Positions 20,468-30,621 of a stretch of 64,000 nucleotides of DNA are shown one piece after another (position 1 is the first letter of the stretch; every line of letters begins with the position of its first letter). Made by a program: the position numbers and the translations under genes. The notes beneath the pieces were generated by a model. It was given only the letters and a program-made list of their open reading frames with translations, did not search any database and was not told the origin of the DNA. The stretch is taken from NCBI GenBank assembly GCA_963751455.1, contig CAVVUN010000015.1:352001-416000 (forward strand), read 5' to 3'. The DNA is from Nitrospirota bacterium. GTDB taxonomy: Bacteria; Nitrospirota; UBA9217.

Positions 20468-21718
20468 ATGCGTTTTTATACATTTATTTTTATTGTTGCC
20501 TGCTTCATTGTCTCCTGCAGAAGTCAGAGCGAGAACGATCCGGGGACATGGACTTTTTTAGTCTACATGGACGCGGACAACGACTTGGCCGTCCAAGCCC
20601 TCGCGGATATCGAGGAAATGAGAACTACGGGCAGTTCGGATTACGTCAACATCATTGTACAACTGGACCTGCCGAACGAAACCACAAAACGATACAGGAT
20701 AACGAACGGATCCCTTCGCCTGGCTGCTGACCTCGGCGAACTGGACATGTCTTCGCCGCAGACGCTCACCGACTTCCTCTCCTGGTCAAAAGAGGCCTGG
20801 CCTGCGGACAGGACGGTGCTCGTGCTCTGGGACCACGGCAACGGCTGGGACCAGGGAGACGGTCCCCCGGGCCCTCCCGGAAAGCCGGTTGTGAGAAGGT
20901 CAATGTTCCTCGACGGGAACAATGGCAGCACAACAAGCCCCGTTTTTCTTTCCAACCAGGAAATCAGGAAGGCGATCCAGGCCTCAGGGATCAAGCTGGA
21001 TATTCTCGGCATGGATGCCTGCACTATGGGAACCCTCGAAGTCCTGTACGAGTTCCGGGACCTGGCGCCGATCATCGTCAGCTCCGAGGAAGATACCCGG
21101 GACGAAGGATGGGATTACGCATCCGTTCTTTCGAAATTGATGTTGAATCCTTCGATTTATCCCGAGGAATATGCAAAGCAGATAGTGGAGTCCTATAAAA
21201 CATTTTATGAAAACGTTTTTTATCCCGCCAATCCCAATTACGAACACTATCTCGGAATTTCCGCGATACGGACAGCGTACCTCGGAGCGATCGCTCTTGA
21301 AGCCGACAAAATGGCCGGCCGGCTTATCGGCCTGCTGGACGATTCTGTTTTAAGAACCGATGCCGTTAACGCCATAGGGAGTGCGCGGGCTGCGGTTCAA
21401 GAGATCGACCTTTACAGTACTATGTTTGTGTATGTGGACCTGGTCGATCTTGAAGCCCATCTTAGCCAGGGAACCGAGCTCGCAGGGCTCGTATCCGAAG
21501 CAACCATCGCTGAATATCATGGTCCGGCCAGGCCGGATGCGCACGGTATTTCGATTGTATTCTTCGACCTGCCCGATGCCAAAACCCATTCAGTGTATGA
21601 TTCCAATTACAAAAACTACGACGGCGCGACGAATACCGGCAACAATGGAGAGTTTATAAACGGATTCCGCTGGGACGAGTTTCTGGGCCGGTACTACTCA
21701 TACGCAAGCTTGATTTAA
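20468..21718 (+). CDS. Clostripain-family (C11) cysteine peptidase, lipoprotein
   Basis: WTFLVYMDADNDL, catalytic WDHGNGW and DACTMG; lipobox IVSC. Confidence 0.88.
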   Translation: MRFYTFIFIVACFIVSCRSQSENDPGTWTFLVYMDADNDLAVQALADIEEMRTTGSSDYVNIIVQLDLPNETTKRYRITNGSLRLAADLGELDMSSPQTLTDFLSWSKEAWPADRTVLVLWDHGNGWDQGDGPPGPPGKPVVRRSMFLDGNNGSTTSPVFLSNQEIRKAIQASGIKLDILGMDACTMGTLEVLYEFRDLAPIIVSSEEDTRDEGWDYASVLSKLMLNPSIYPEEYAKQIVESYKTFYENVFYPANPNYEHYLGISAIRTAYLGAIALEADKMAGRLIGLLDDSVLRTDAVNAIGSARAAVQEIDLYSTMFVYVDLVDLEAHLSQGTELAGLVSEATIAEYHGPARPDAHGISIVFFDLPDAKTHSVYDSNYKNYDGATNTGNNGEFINGFRWDEFLGRYYSYASLI

Positions 21719-21778
21719 TCCGTCATATACGCTTCTCTTTTCTCTGGATGTTTCCGGCGGCGCATGATACTATTTCCC

Positions 21779-22408
21779 ATGGCCGATCAAAATAAATCCC
21801 GTTATCCCTGGATCTTCATCCCCACGCTCTACTTCGCCGAAGGCCTTCCGTACGTGCTGATCAATACCGTATCCGTTATCCTGTACAAGAGGATGGGGAT
21901 AGACAACGCGCATATTGCGTTCTGGACGAGTTGGCTCTACCTTCCCTGGGTGATCAAAATGTTCTGGGGGCCGCTGGTCGATGTTACCTTGACCAAGCGG
22001 CGCTGGATTCTCTCGACGCAGGCCGCCATGAGCTTCAGCATGTTCGTAGTCGCGTTCTCGCTTCGGACCGAGCACTTTTTTTTCCTCTCGCTCGCGGCAT
22101 TCTGCGCGGGCGCGTTTATTTCCGCTACCTACGACATTGCGACCGACGGGTTCTACATGCTCGCGCTTACCGAGAAAGAACAGGCGCTGTTTGTCGGAAT
22201 CCGGTCTGCATTCTACCGGCTGGCAATGATATTCGGCTCCGGTTTTCTGGTGTATGTTGCCGGGATGCTTGAAACCTCGACCGCCAATGTTGCCGGAAGC
22301 TGGTCCACGATCATGACCGTATCGGGACTGATCTTTGCCTCGGTGTTCGTGTATCACCGGTTCATACTGCCGTTTCCTTCATCCGACACAGACCGGACAG
22401 CGCAATAA
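21779..22408 (+). pseudogene. Truncated 5' half of AmpG-like MFS permease (duplicate of 36952..38220)
   Basis: Nearly identical to the first ~205 codons of the full copy, then stops. Confidence 0.85.
21821..22387 (+). repeat. ~570 bp direct repeat, copy 1
   Basis: Matches 36994..37560 (offset 15173); two substitutions seen in the first ~510 bp. Confidence 0.92.
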
Positions 22409-22622
22409 TTCTGCTTGACAGAAGACCCTATTTAAATAAAGATAGCGCTAGTCGTGGATTCTATTTGGCCTCTTTGCCGCTTCATATTCCTGAAGGAAGA
22501 AAACGCCGTTAGAAAACAAGTTTTTGACGATGACAGATATGGGATTATACCCGCAACCTATGAAGGGCAATAAATCTCGCTGACATGATCGCGACTTTTT
22601 CTGACGGTAAATAAGGAATGAC

Positions 22623-25600
22623 ATGGTTACAAGAGAGCGATCTTCTTCGATTGCAAAGATAACTCGTCCTGATGTTTCCGGCATCGTTTATCGTAAGAGG
22701 CTATTCACAAAACTGGATCAGAGCCGAAAAAAAACCGTCACCTGGATTTCAGCCCCAGGCGGCTCAGGCAAGACGACGTTGCTCTCGAGCTATGTCGACG
22801 CCCGGAAGTTGTCTTATCTCTGGTATCAGCTGGACGCCAGGGATGAGGACCCCGCGACCTTCTTCTATTACCTGCGCGGGGCCGCGCGAAAGGCCGCACC
22901 CCGCTTCAGAAAACCTCTGCCCCTGCTTACGCCTGAATACCTCCCAACCCTTCATCTTTTCACAAAGAATCACTTCCAAGAACTATACCGAAGATTAAAG
23001 CGGCCTTTTCTCATCATTTTCGACAATTACCAGGAAATCTCCGTCGATTCGAAATTGCACGGAATCATAATCGATATGATGTTGTCGGTTCCCGAGGGAA
23101 TAAGGATCGTGGTGCTGAGCCGCGGAGATCCTCTGCCGGCTTTCTCCCGGTTGCGTGCGAACGGGCATATCGAATGTGTGGGGTGGGAAGAGATAAAGTG
23201 CACTCTGAAAGAGGCCGGGGAAATCATAAAAAAGAGCGGTTGCTCAAAAATACTTGACGGCGTCGTGGAACAATTTCATTTAAAGACCGAAGGATGGATC
23301 GCGGGACTGGTCTTGTTGATTGAAACACTAAAGAGAAATGAAGGCAAGCAAGAAATTATTTCAGCGGATCAAGCACATATCTTCGATTATTTCGCATCCG
23401 AGATTTTTCAAAAAGCAGATGCACAAACTCGGGACTTTCTTTTGAAGACCGCTTTTCTGCCACAGATTGAGCCTTCGCTGGCCGCCGGCATGACAGGCTC
23501 AAGCGACGCCGAGCAAATCCTTTCAACACTCGCGCGTAACCATTATTTCACCACCAAACATGCTTCTTACGATTCAGTGTATCAGTACCATCCGCTTTTC
23601 CGGGAATTTCTTATTTCAAAGGCGCTATCGGGTTTCGGCAAACAGAAAATGAAAAACCTGAAGCGGAGTGCGGCTGAGCTTTTGAGCAAGAACGGAAAAG
23701 CCGAAGATGCGATAGACCTGTACCTGGAAGCGGGAGACTGGGAGGATGTGTCTAAGCTCATTTGCTCCACAGCGGCTAAATTGTTGGCACAGGGGCGAAG
23801 CGAAATCGTGCGGGGGTGGCTGGACAATATGCCACCCGATCTTGTGGAACAGAACGCGCAGTTGCTTTACTGGCGCGGAGCTTCCATAATGGCGTTGAAT
23901 CCCATGGCCGGTAGTGCTGACTACGAAAAAGCATTCCATTTTTTTAAGCGAACGAACGACCTGGCTAAAATCTTCCTCTGCTGGTCGGCCGTATGCGATA
24001 TATCCGTTCAAACGCTTGAGTTCGGGCAGATTGCCGACTGGATGCGGGAACTTCACGACCTGCTTCAAAAAGATAATGCTTATCCGTCAAAAGAGATTGA
24101 AGCTCAGGTTATCATGAGCAAGTTCAACGCGCTTTCAATGGGGTTACCCCATCATCCGGACATAGACGTAATTCGGGAAAAAGCTTTTTCTTTAATTTGT
24201 GGACAAAATATTTTTGATAAAAATTTATATCTTCTGACATCCAATTGCCTGATTGTCCACTATCTTTGGCATGGTGATCATTATAGAGCCGGGTTCGTCA
24301 TGGACCTGTTCAGGAAATTAATCCAGCGCGAAAAGGAAAACGATTTGCTGATGATGACCTTGAACGCTACTGAGGCGCTCTATTTTCTATTCACGGCTTC
24401 ATTCGCTGACTGTGTGGAAAAGGTTTCGGAGGCGCTCAGGATTGCAGAAAAAACAGGTATTCACCTATGGGATAACCACATACTCTGCCATGCTCTTTCC
24501 GCTGCCTTGAACATGAATGATGAAAATACATTCACAAGGCTGTTACCGCTCATTAAAAATATAGAGCAGTGCAGAAGAATAGATCAAACTTATTATTATG
24601 TCCTGCTGTCCTGGCAGGCTATCCTTGCAAAAAAAATTGAAGCTGCTTGTTACTATCAAGATTTGAGCTGTAAAGCGGCAGATGGGACGGGATTTCATGC
24701 AGTCGAGGCCGACTGCATGATTATTTATTCGGAGCTACTTGCGGAAAAAGGCGAAGCCGAAAAGGCTGAACAATTTCTAAACAAAGGACTGGAACAGGCG
24801 CAGAAGATTAAAAGCGACTATCTGCTCTATCATTATTTGCTGGTGCGATCTTCCATTGCTTTCCAGAAAGGTGACACGGCCAGCGGCCTTCACAATCTAT
24901 CAGAAGCGATGACCACCGGCAGGAGGAGGAATTTAAAAACCTTCTATTATTTTCGTCCCGATAAAATGGCTCTCTTGTGCGAAAAGGCTCTTGAGAACGG
25001 GATTGAAGTGGATTATGTGCAGGACTTGATCCGAAAGCGCGGCCTGGTCCCCGTTAAGCTTCCTGTTCACCTAGAATGCTGGCCCTGGCCGATCAAGATC
25101 TATTTGTTAGGCAGGTTTGAAATATATAATAATCCGAAACAAGTGTTGTTTTCCGGGAAAGTTCAGCAGAGGCCGCTAGCCATGCTGAAAGTTTTGATAG
25201 CGTTCGGAGGACAAAACGTTTCCGAGGACACCGTTATGGACGCGCTTTGGCCGAATGCTGACGGAGACCTGGCGAAGAAGTCCTTTGACACGACGCTGCA
25301 CCGGCTGCGGAAGCTCCTGGGGAATGAAAGGGCTGTCCTGCTCCACGAAAAACAGTTATCCGTGGATAAACGGCAATGCTGGGTGGATGTGTGGAGCTTC
25401 GAAGAAGCCGTGCAAAGTGAGAACGAAATCAAAAAGTTGGAATGGGCAGTCGCCCTGTACCGCGGGCACTTCCTTCCGATGGATATCCAACAGTTCTGGA
25501 CTATTTCCCTGCGAGGGAAGCTCAGGGCCAAATATCTGAGTGTTGTTTCGAGACTCGGGAGCGGCTATGTAGAACAGGGACAGTTCGAGAAGGCCATCCA

Positions 25601-25745
25601 GGTGTACGAGCAGGGCCTTGAGCGCGACGACACCCAAGAGGAGTTTTACCAGGAATTGATGGTCTGCTATCAGAAACTCGGCAAGTTGGCTGAGGCGAAG
25701 AGAGTATATAATCGGTGTAGGACGGTATTGTCTGCGACTGTGTAG
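22623..25745 (+). CDS. MalT-like STAND ATPase regulator with C-terminal winged-helix + BTAD (SARP-like), copy 1
   Basis: Walker A APGGSGKTT, Walker B IIFDNYQ, TEGWIAGL, YQYHPLFREF; LWP.AD..FDTTLHRLRKLL, WVDVWSFE, ALYRGHFL. Confidence 0.88.
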   Translation: MVTRERSSSIAKITRPDVSGIVYRKRLFTKLDQSRKKTVTWISAPGGSGKTTLLSSYVDARKLSYLWYQLDARDEDPATFFYYLRGAARKAAPRFRKPLPLLTPEYLPTLHLFTKNHFQELYRRLKRPFLIIFDNYQEISVDSKLHGIIIDMMLSVPEGIRIVVLSRGDPLPAFSRLRANGHIECVGWEEIKCTLKEAGEIIKKSGCSKILDGVVEQFHLKTEGWIAGLVLLIETLKRNEGKQEIISADQAHIFDYFASEIFQKADAQTRDFLLKTAFLPQIEPSLAAGMTGSSDAEQILSTLARNHYFTTKHASYDSVYQYHPLFREFLISKALSGFGKQKMKNLKRSAAELLSKNGKAEDAIDLYLEAGDWEDVSKLICSTAAKLLAQGRSEIVRGWLDNMPPDLVEQNAQLLYWRGASIMALNPMAGSADYEKAFHFFKRTNDLAKIFLCWSAVCDISVQTLEFGQIADWMRELHDLLQKDNAYPSKEIEAQVIMSKFNALSMGLPHHPDIDVIREKAFSLICGQNIFDKNLYLLTSNCLIVHYLWHGDHYRAGFVMDLFRKLIQREKENDLLMMTLNATEALYFLFTASFADCVEKVSEALRIAEKTGIHLWDNHILCHALSAALNMNDENTFTRLLPLIKNIEQCRRIDQTYYYVLLSWQAILAKKIEAACYYQDLSCKAADGTGFHAVEADCMIIYSELLAEKGEAEKAEQFLNKGLEQAQKIKSDYLLYHYLLVRSSIAFQKGDTASGLHNLSEAMTTGRRRNLKTFYYFRPDKMALLCEKALENGIEVDYVQDLIRKRGLVPVKLPVHLECWPWPIKIYLLGRFEIYNNPKQVLFSGKVQQRPLAMLKVLIAFGGQNVSEDTVMDALWPNADGDLAKKSFDTTLHRLRKLLGNERAVLLHEKQLSVDKRQCWVDVWSFEEAVQSENEIKKLEWAVALYRGHFLPMDIQQFWTISLRGKLRAKYLSVVSRLGSGYVEQGQFEKAIQVYEQGLERDDTQEEFYQELMVCYQKLGKLAEAKRVYNRCRTVLSATV

Positions 25746-25791
25746 CTAGCGCCATCCTCGATGACGGAGGAGATGTACTTGGATATTAAAA

Positions 25792-28700
25792 ATGCGAAAA
25801 AATAATAAAATATCAACAGACGCCGTCCCTCTATCCAAGATCATGCAGCCGAAACTCACACATGTTTTCCAAAGAGATCGATTATTTCGGACTGTCGACG
25901 AGGCCAGAAAAAAACCTATTACCTGGGTTTCCGCTCCGGGAGGATCAGGCAAGACCACGCTCGTTGCCAGCTATCTTCACTCACGAAGACTGCCTTGTCT
26001 GTGGTACCAGGCGGATCAGGAAGATGGCGATATAGCCACTTTCTTCTACTTCATGGCTCTCGCTGCGAAAAAGGCTGCTCCGCGACACCGCAAACCGCTT
26101 CCGCTTCTGACACCCGAATATCTCTATGGCGTCACAGCGTTTACATACCGCTATTTTGAAGACCTGTACAAAAGATTAAAAACTCCTTTTATTCTAGTCA
26201 TCGACAATTACCAGGATGTGCCGGTAGATTCAGCGCTCCATGAGCGGCTGTGTGAAGGGCTGTCACGAGTGCCTGAGGGGATTTCAATCGTAATAATCAG
26301 CCGTGTTGATCCGCCGCCGGCGTTTGCACGGCTTCGAGCGAACGGGCTCATTGCCCCCCTAACATGGCAAGAAGTCAGATTTAGTCTCGATGAAACAAGA
26401 GCGCTCGCCTGGAGCAAATACGCAAAATTTTCCGAGGCGGATGTTGATGTCCTTCACGCCAGGACCGAAGGATGGGCCGCAGGACTGGTGCTCTTAATGG
26501 AGCGGGGACTCGAAGCTGAAAGCAACCTCCGGCTTGATGAAAACCTGTCCCGGGAAGAAATCTTTGATTATTTCGCGCGGGAAGTCTTCCAAAAAACCGA
26601 TAAGGATAGCCAGCAGCTTCTGCTCTCAACCTCCGTTCTACGGAAGACGACCGGCAGGATGGCGGGCGAGTTGACCGGTCTTGGTCAGGCAGAGCGGATC
26701 CTCAGCGATCTTAATCGCAATAATTACTTTACGGAAAAACGTCCCGGTAAGGAACCGGTATACCAGTATCATCCCCTGTTCAGAGAATTCCTGCAATCTC
26801 ACGCTAAAGTACAAATGACGCCGGCGGCGCTGGCCGGCATACTGCAAACAGCCACACTGCTTTTGGAGAAAGCAGGAGAGGTGGAAGACGCAGCCGGTCT
26901 GTGTATCCAGGGGCAAGCATGGGAAAAGCTGGACGCGCTGATTCTGTCATATGCAAAGGTCTTGATAGCGCAGGGAAGAAGCTATGTGATCGAGGATTGG
27001 ATAAAGAAGCTTCCGCAGGAACTGGTCGAGCGGAACCCGTGGGTCCTGTTCTGGCTCGGCACCTGCCGGATGACCGCCAATTTTACGGAGGCCAGGACTT
27101 TATTCGAAAAAGCCTTCGACATGTTCCAGTCACAAGGTGACCCCGCAGGCAGCTACCTTTCCTGGGCGGGTGCGGTCGATTCAATCGTGTATGAATGGGC
27201 GGATTTTTCTCGACTCGACAAGTGGATCGACCTGATGCACCGCATTATGAAGGAATATCCCTTGTTCCCCTCCAATGAGATAGAGGGACGCGTTGCGGGC
27301 AGCATGATAGCGGCTCTTATGTACTATAAAGCTCAGCATCCAGAGATCAACGCGTGGGCCGAACGGATCCATAGGCACGTACGGAAAAGCTCCGACGGGA
27401 ACTACCGGATTATGATCGGTAATCAACTGGCGCTATATCATTTGTGGTGGACCGGCGATCACGCAAAACTGAGCGTTATCATGGATCTCCTGCGCCCTTC
27501 TCCGGAAAATCCAGCGATCACGCCGCTTGCCCGGATTATATGGCTTACGATTGAAGGGCTTGAGAGCTGGATCAAGGCTGATTTCGAGAAAGGGCTCCGG
27601 AATTATCACGAAGGCCGCAGGGTCGCGGACACAAGCGGAGTTCATATATGGGATTTCATGCTTTATATGCTGGGGATATGCTGTTACCTGGGATCGGGCA
27701 ATCATAAGGTGGGAAAACCATTAATCGAACAGTTCACATCACGCATGGACCGTTCCCAGCAGATGAACATGTGTCACTTTCTCTATACCTCTTCATGGCA
27801 GGCAATGCTGGCCGGAGATCCTGCCCGCGCGCTTGAGCAGACTCAAATATCATCGGAACTTGCCGACCGGCTGGGAGGATCATTTCTGGCTGCTTCAACG
27901 AAGGCGGTCAAGGCCCAAGCCCTGTATGCGTGCGGAAGGAAGGAAGAAGCCCTCCGCAGTATCGAGGAGTCGGATAAGCTTGCGCAATTGATACATGGGC
28001 CGCTCCTGATATACCGCAATTATCTGATCAAAGCGTATTTTGCGCTGGATCAGGGGAACGAAAGTCATTGCATTCAGATGCTGCGCCAAGGCCTTCCCAT
28101 TGCGAGGGAAAAGGGATACATCAATTTCTCCTGGTGGAGGCCATCGATAATGACTCCGCTGTTTATAAAGGCGCTGGAAGCAGGGATCGAAGTGGATTAC
28201 GTTCAACATATCATCCGTAAGCGCGGTCTCTTCCCGGAAAATCCGCCTTCACATCTGGAGGCCTGGCCCTGGCCGGTTAAGATATATGCGCTCGGCAAGT
28301 TTGAGCTACTCCATGACGAGAAGCTCGCTATGTTTTCCGGCAAGGTCCAGCAGAAGCCTTTGGCAATGCTGAAGGTAATGATAGCGCTTGGTGCGGAGAA
28401 CGTGCCTGACGACATGGTAATGGATGCGTTGTGGCCGGATGCGGAGGGGGATCTGGCTAAGAAATCCTTTGATACCACACTCCATAGATTAAGAAAGCTG
28501 CTCGGTAATGAAAAGGCAATACTGTTGCAGGAAAAACAGTTATCCCTGGACAGGCGGCAGTGCTGGGTGGATGTGTGGGCGTTCGAAGAAGCAGTGCGGA
28601 GTTCCGAGTGCGGAATGCGGAATGAGAACAACACCAAAAAGCTCGAACGGACGATCGACCTGTACCACGGCCATTTTCTGCCAATGGACGTTCAGCAGCC

Positions 28701-29007
28701 CTGGACCTTCTCAATAAGAGAGAAGCTGCGAACCAAATATCTGAGCGCTGTTTCCAGATTGGGGAACTACCACGTGGAGCAGGGACAGTTCGAAAAAGCA
28801 GTCGTAATTTATGAGAAAGGACTTGAGATAGAGGATACCGTGGAGGAGTTCTACCAAGGGCTGATGCTCGGCTATCAGAGACTGGGGAAGAACGCAGAGG
28901 CGGTCAGAGTATTCGACCGATGCAAGAGGGTCTTATTTGCAAAACTGCAGCTTGCGCCGTCGGAGAGAACCAAGCAGATTTACGCAAATATAAACCGTAA
29001 AAAATAA
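25792..29007 (+). CDS. MalT-like STAND ATPase regulator with winged-helix + BTAD, copy 2
   Basis: Same motifs as copy 1; complete BTAD end (LAPSERT). Confidence 0.88.
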   Translation: MRKNNKISTDAVPLSKIMQPKLTHVFQRDRLFRTVDEARKKPITWVSAPGGSGKTTLVASYLHSRRLPCLWYQADQEDGDIATFFYFMALAAKKAAPRHRKPLPLLTPEYLYGVTAFTYRYFEDLYKRLKTPFILVIDNYQDVPVDSALHERLCEGLSRVPEGISIVIISRVDPPPAFARLRANGLIAPLTWQEVRFSLDETRALAWSKYAKFSEADVDVLHARTEGWAAGLVLLMERGLEAESNLRLDENLSREEIFDYFAREVFQKTDKDSQQLLLSTSVLRKTTGRMAGELTGLGQAERILSDLNRNNYFTEKRPGKEPVYQYHPLFREFLQSHAKVQMTPAALAGILQTATLLLEKAGEVEDAAGLCIQGQAWEKLDALILSYAKVLIAQGRSYVIEDWIKKLPQELVERNPWVLFWLGTCRMTANFTEARTLFEKAFDMFQSQGDPAGSYLSWAGAVDSIVYEWADFSRLDKWIDLMHRIMKEYPLFPSNEIEGRVAGSMIAALMYYKAQHPEINAWAERIHRHVRKSSDGNYRIMIGNQLALYHLWWTGDHAKLSVIMDLLRPSPENPAITPLARIIWLTIEGLESWIKADFEKGLRNYHEGRRVADTSGVHIWDFMLYMLGICCYLGSGNHKVGKPLIEQFTSRMDRSQQMNMCHFLYTSSWQAMLAGDPARALEQTQISSELADRLGGSFLAASTKAVKAQALYACGRKEEALRSIEESDKLAQLIHGPLLIYRNYLIKAYFALDQGNESHCIQMLRQGLPIAREKGYINFSWWRPSIMTPLFIKALEAGIEVDYVQHIIRKRGLFPENPPSHLEAWPWPVKIYALGKFELLHDEKLAMFSGKVQQKPLAMLKVMIALGAENVPDDMVMDALWPDAEGDLAKKSFDTTLHRLRKLLGNEKAILLQEKQLSLDRRQCWVDVWAFEEAVRSSECGMRNENNTKKLERTIDLYHGHFLPMDVQQPWTFSIREKLRTKYLSAVSRLGNYHVEQGQFEKAVVIYEKGLEIEDTVEEFYQGLMLGYQRLGKNAEAVRVFDRCKRVLFAKLQLAPSERTKQIYANINRKK

Positions 29008-29050
29008 ATTCTAGGAACCAAGAAAAAGATTTCTGTATGTTAAACTGGAA

Positions 29051-29472
29051 TTATTCATCAGAAAACTGTTGTTGGAGTTCTGCAATGATCTCGCTCACCT
29101 TGGCAAGAAATTGTTCAGCATGGTTTACGGCATTGTATGCATCTGCTGCATCGATCGTTGAATAATCCGCATAGTCGGCGTCTTCCCTTTCAAATAAGAG
29201 GTCACGGAACCACTTTCCGTGTTCCTTGGGTAAGTGCCCCTCAAGCACCAGCATCTTGCCGACCATCGTTTTTACGCCCTCATGCGTCTTCGGATCAGCC
29301 CCGAGCAGAATCAGCGCCGACCTGGCTGCGCTCAGTGCCGCATAATAGCTCCGGTTCAGCGTAGATTCCCACCGTCCTTCTTTCTGAAGAAGCCGGGCGT
29401 CATCCAGCAGTCTTTTCGCTTTTTCAAGCCGGTGCAAAGAAAGAGCTTTTTTTCACGCCCGGTCAGCGTCAT
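29051..29472 (-). CDS. HEPN-domain protein (toxin-type partner of MNT)
   Basis: NRSYYA, KTHEGV, REDADY motifs; probable ATG at 29472 needs +1 in the T7 run 29447-29453, otherwise TTG at 29437. Confidence 0.85.
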
Positions 29473-29788
29473 ACAATACAATCCCTTCGGCTTCAATACT
29501 CTTCAAAAACGGACTGCCCAGTTTCCGGTTCACATCAAGCTCGTGCAAAGAAAGAACAGTGGGTGAAAAAGAAATATCCATATTCAGTTCGTATTCATAG
29601 ATAAGCTCCATGATGAAATTCTTGATTTCCCGGTCCTTTCTGTCCACGACGATCAGCAGATCCAAGTCCGAATCGGCGCGAAAATCGCCTCGCACCCGAG
29701 ACCCGAACGCTACGATGCGTAGGATTCGTTTGTTCTCAGCAAGTTTATCGGAAACTTCCTCGACAATGGTTTTTTCCCGCACTAACAT
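29453..29788 (-). CDS. Minimal nucleotidyltransferase (MNT) antitoxin
   Basis: FGSRVRGDFRADSDLDL motif; overlaps HEPN gene. Confidence 0.9.
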   Translation of the reverse strand: MLVREKTIVEEVSDKLAENKRILRIVAFGSRVRGDFRADSDLDLLIVVDRKDREIKNFIMELIYEYELNMDISFSPTVLSLHELDVNRKLGSPFLKSIEAEGIVLYDADRA

Positions 29789-29892
29789 GGAGAAATGTTA
29801 GCACAAACAACATGATTGTACAAGCAATTTGCCTCCCGGCCCAGGGTCGTGTCATTGTTCAATGCAACGGTACAATAACAAACATCTTTTCA

Positions 29893-30007
29893 CGCACATT
29901 CACTTCCTTTACCGTCATTCCGGCTTGTCCGGAATCTTTCCTGCCTTTTCAGAAGGATTCCCGACGCGCTTCGCTTGCGGGAATGACGTTATAGGGGTTT
30001 ATGTGCG
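29893..30007. repeat. Palindromic REP/RPE-like element
   Basis: CGTCATTCC(29913)...GGAATGACG(29988) core, inverted similarity extends to CGCACAT/ATGTGCG. Confidence 0.75.
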
Positions 30008-30180
30008 ACTTTGACGGGACCGTGCCTCCCGGCCGGTTTTTTAAGCGCGCGTTGTTTCGCTTAATTCCTGTCGAAACTTATGTTCATCCCCTTACCTTCG
30101 GACCTTTTTTTCCAGTTCTATCATTTTTTATCCTGTTACTTTTATTCGCAGCATTTATAAAATTCTAATTTGAGCGAATC

Positions 30181-30214
30181 TGTAAGTCATTTGTAAGTAT
30201 GTCTATGGTATTAA
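30181..30214 (+). promoter_or_regulatory. Heptamer direct repeat (TGTAAGT x2, 11-bp period) plus extended -10; candidate SARP/wHTH-activated promoter
   Basis: TGTAAGT at 30181 and 30192; TGgTATTAA at 30206-30214; ATG 30224 without SD. Confidence 0.5.
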
Positions 30215-30223
30215 CACTCGCGT

Positions 30224-30406
30224 ATGGAAAACTACATCGTGCGCATATACCGGCGGGATTCGGAGGATCCGCAACAGGTTGCAGGCGTTGTTGAGCTAGT
30301 CGAACCCGGGAAAACAAAGGCTTTTTCGTGTATTGAGGAGCTTAATCAGATATTGAGGGCCGAGACAAACATGGACTACAGGGACAAGGTGAAGGATCAT
30401 AAATAA
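30224..30406 (+). CDS. Small hypothetical protein (60 aa), copy 1
   Basis: Paralog at 32249 conserves ENYIV.I..RD.ED.Q..AG.VE.V..GKTK.FS.IEELNQIL. Confidence 0.75.
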   Translation: MENYIVRIYRRDSEDPQQVAGVVELVEPGKTKAFSCIEELNQILRAETNMDYRDKVKDHK

Positions 30407-30621
30407 GTTTTTTTGAAGATGTGTTTCGGTCAACGGCGGTTTAGTATCGACCGCAAAGTAGAGGTTTAGATGATCCTTTCCGAAGTCGTGTTTCAGCTTA
30501 ACCCGCGGCGTTCGGTTTATATCTTCACGGTCCGGTAATACTCTGCGCGAACCTGAACAGATTAAAATGACAAAACGAGCATTATGTGACGTGATCGACA
30601 TGAAACCAAAAGGAGAATAAT

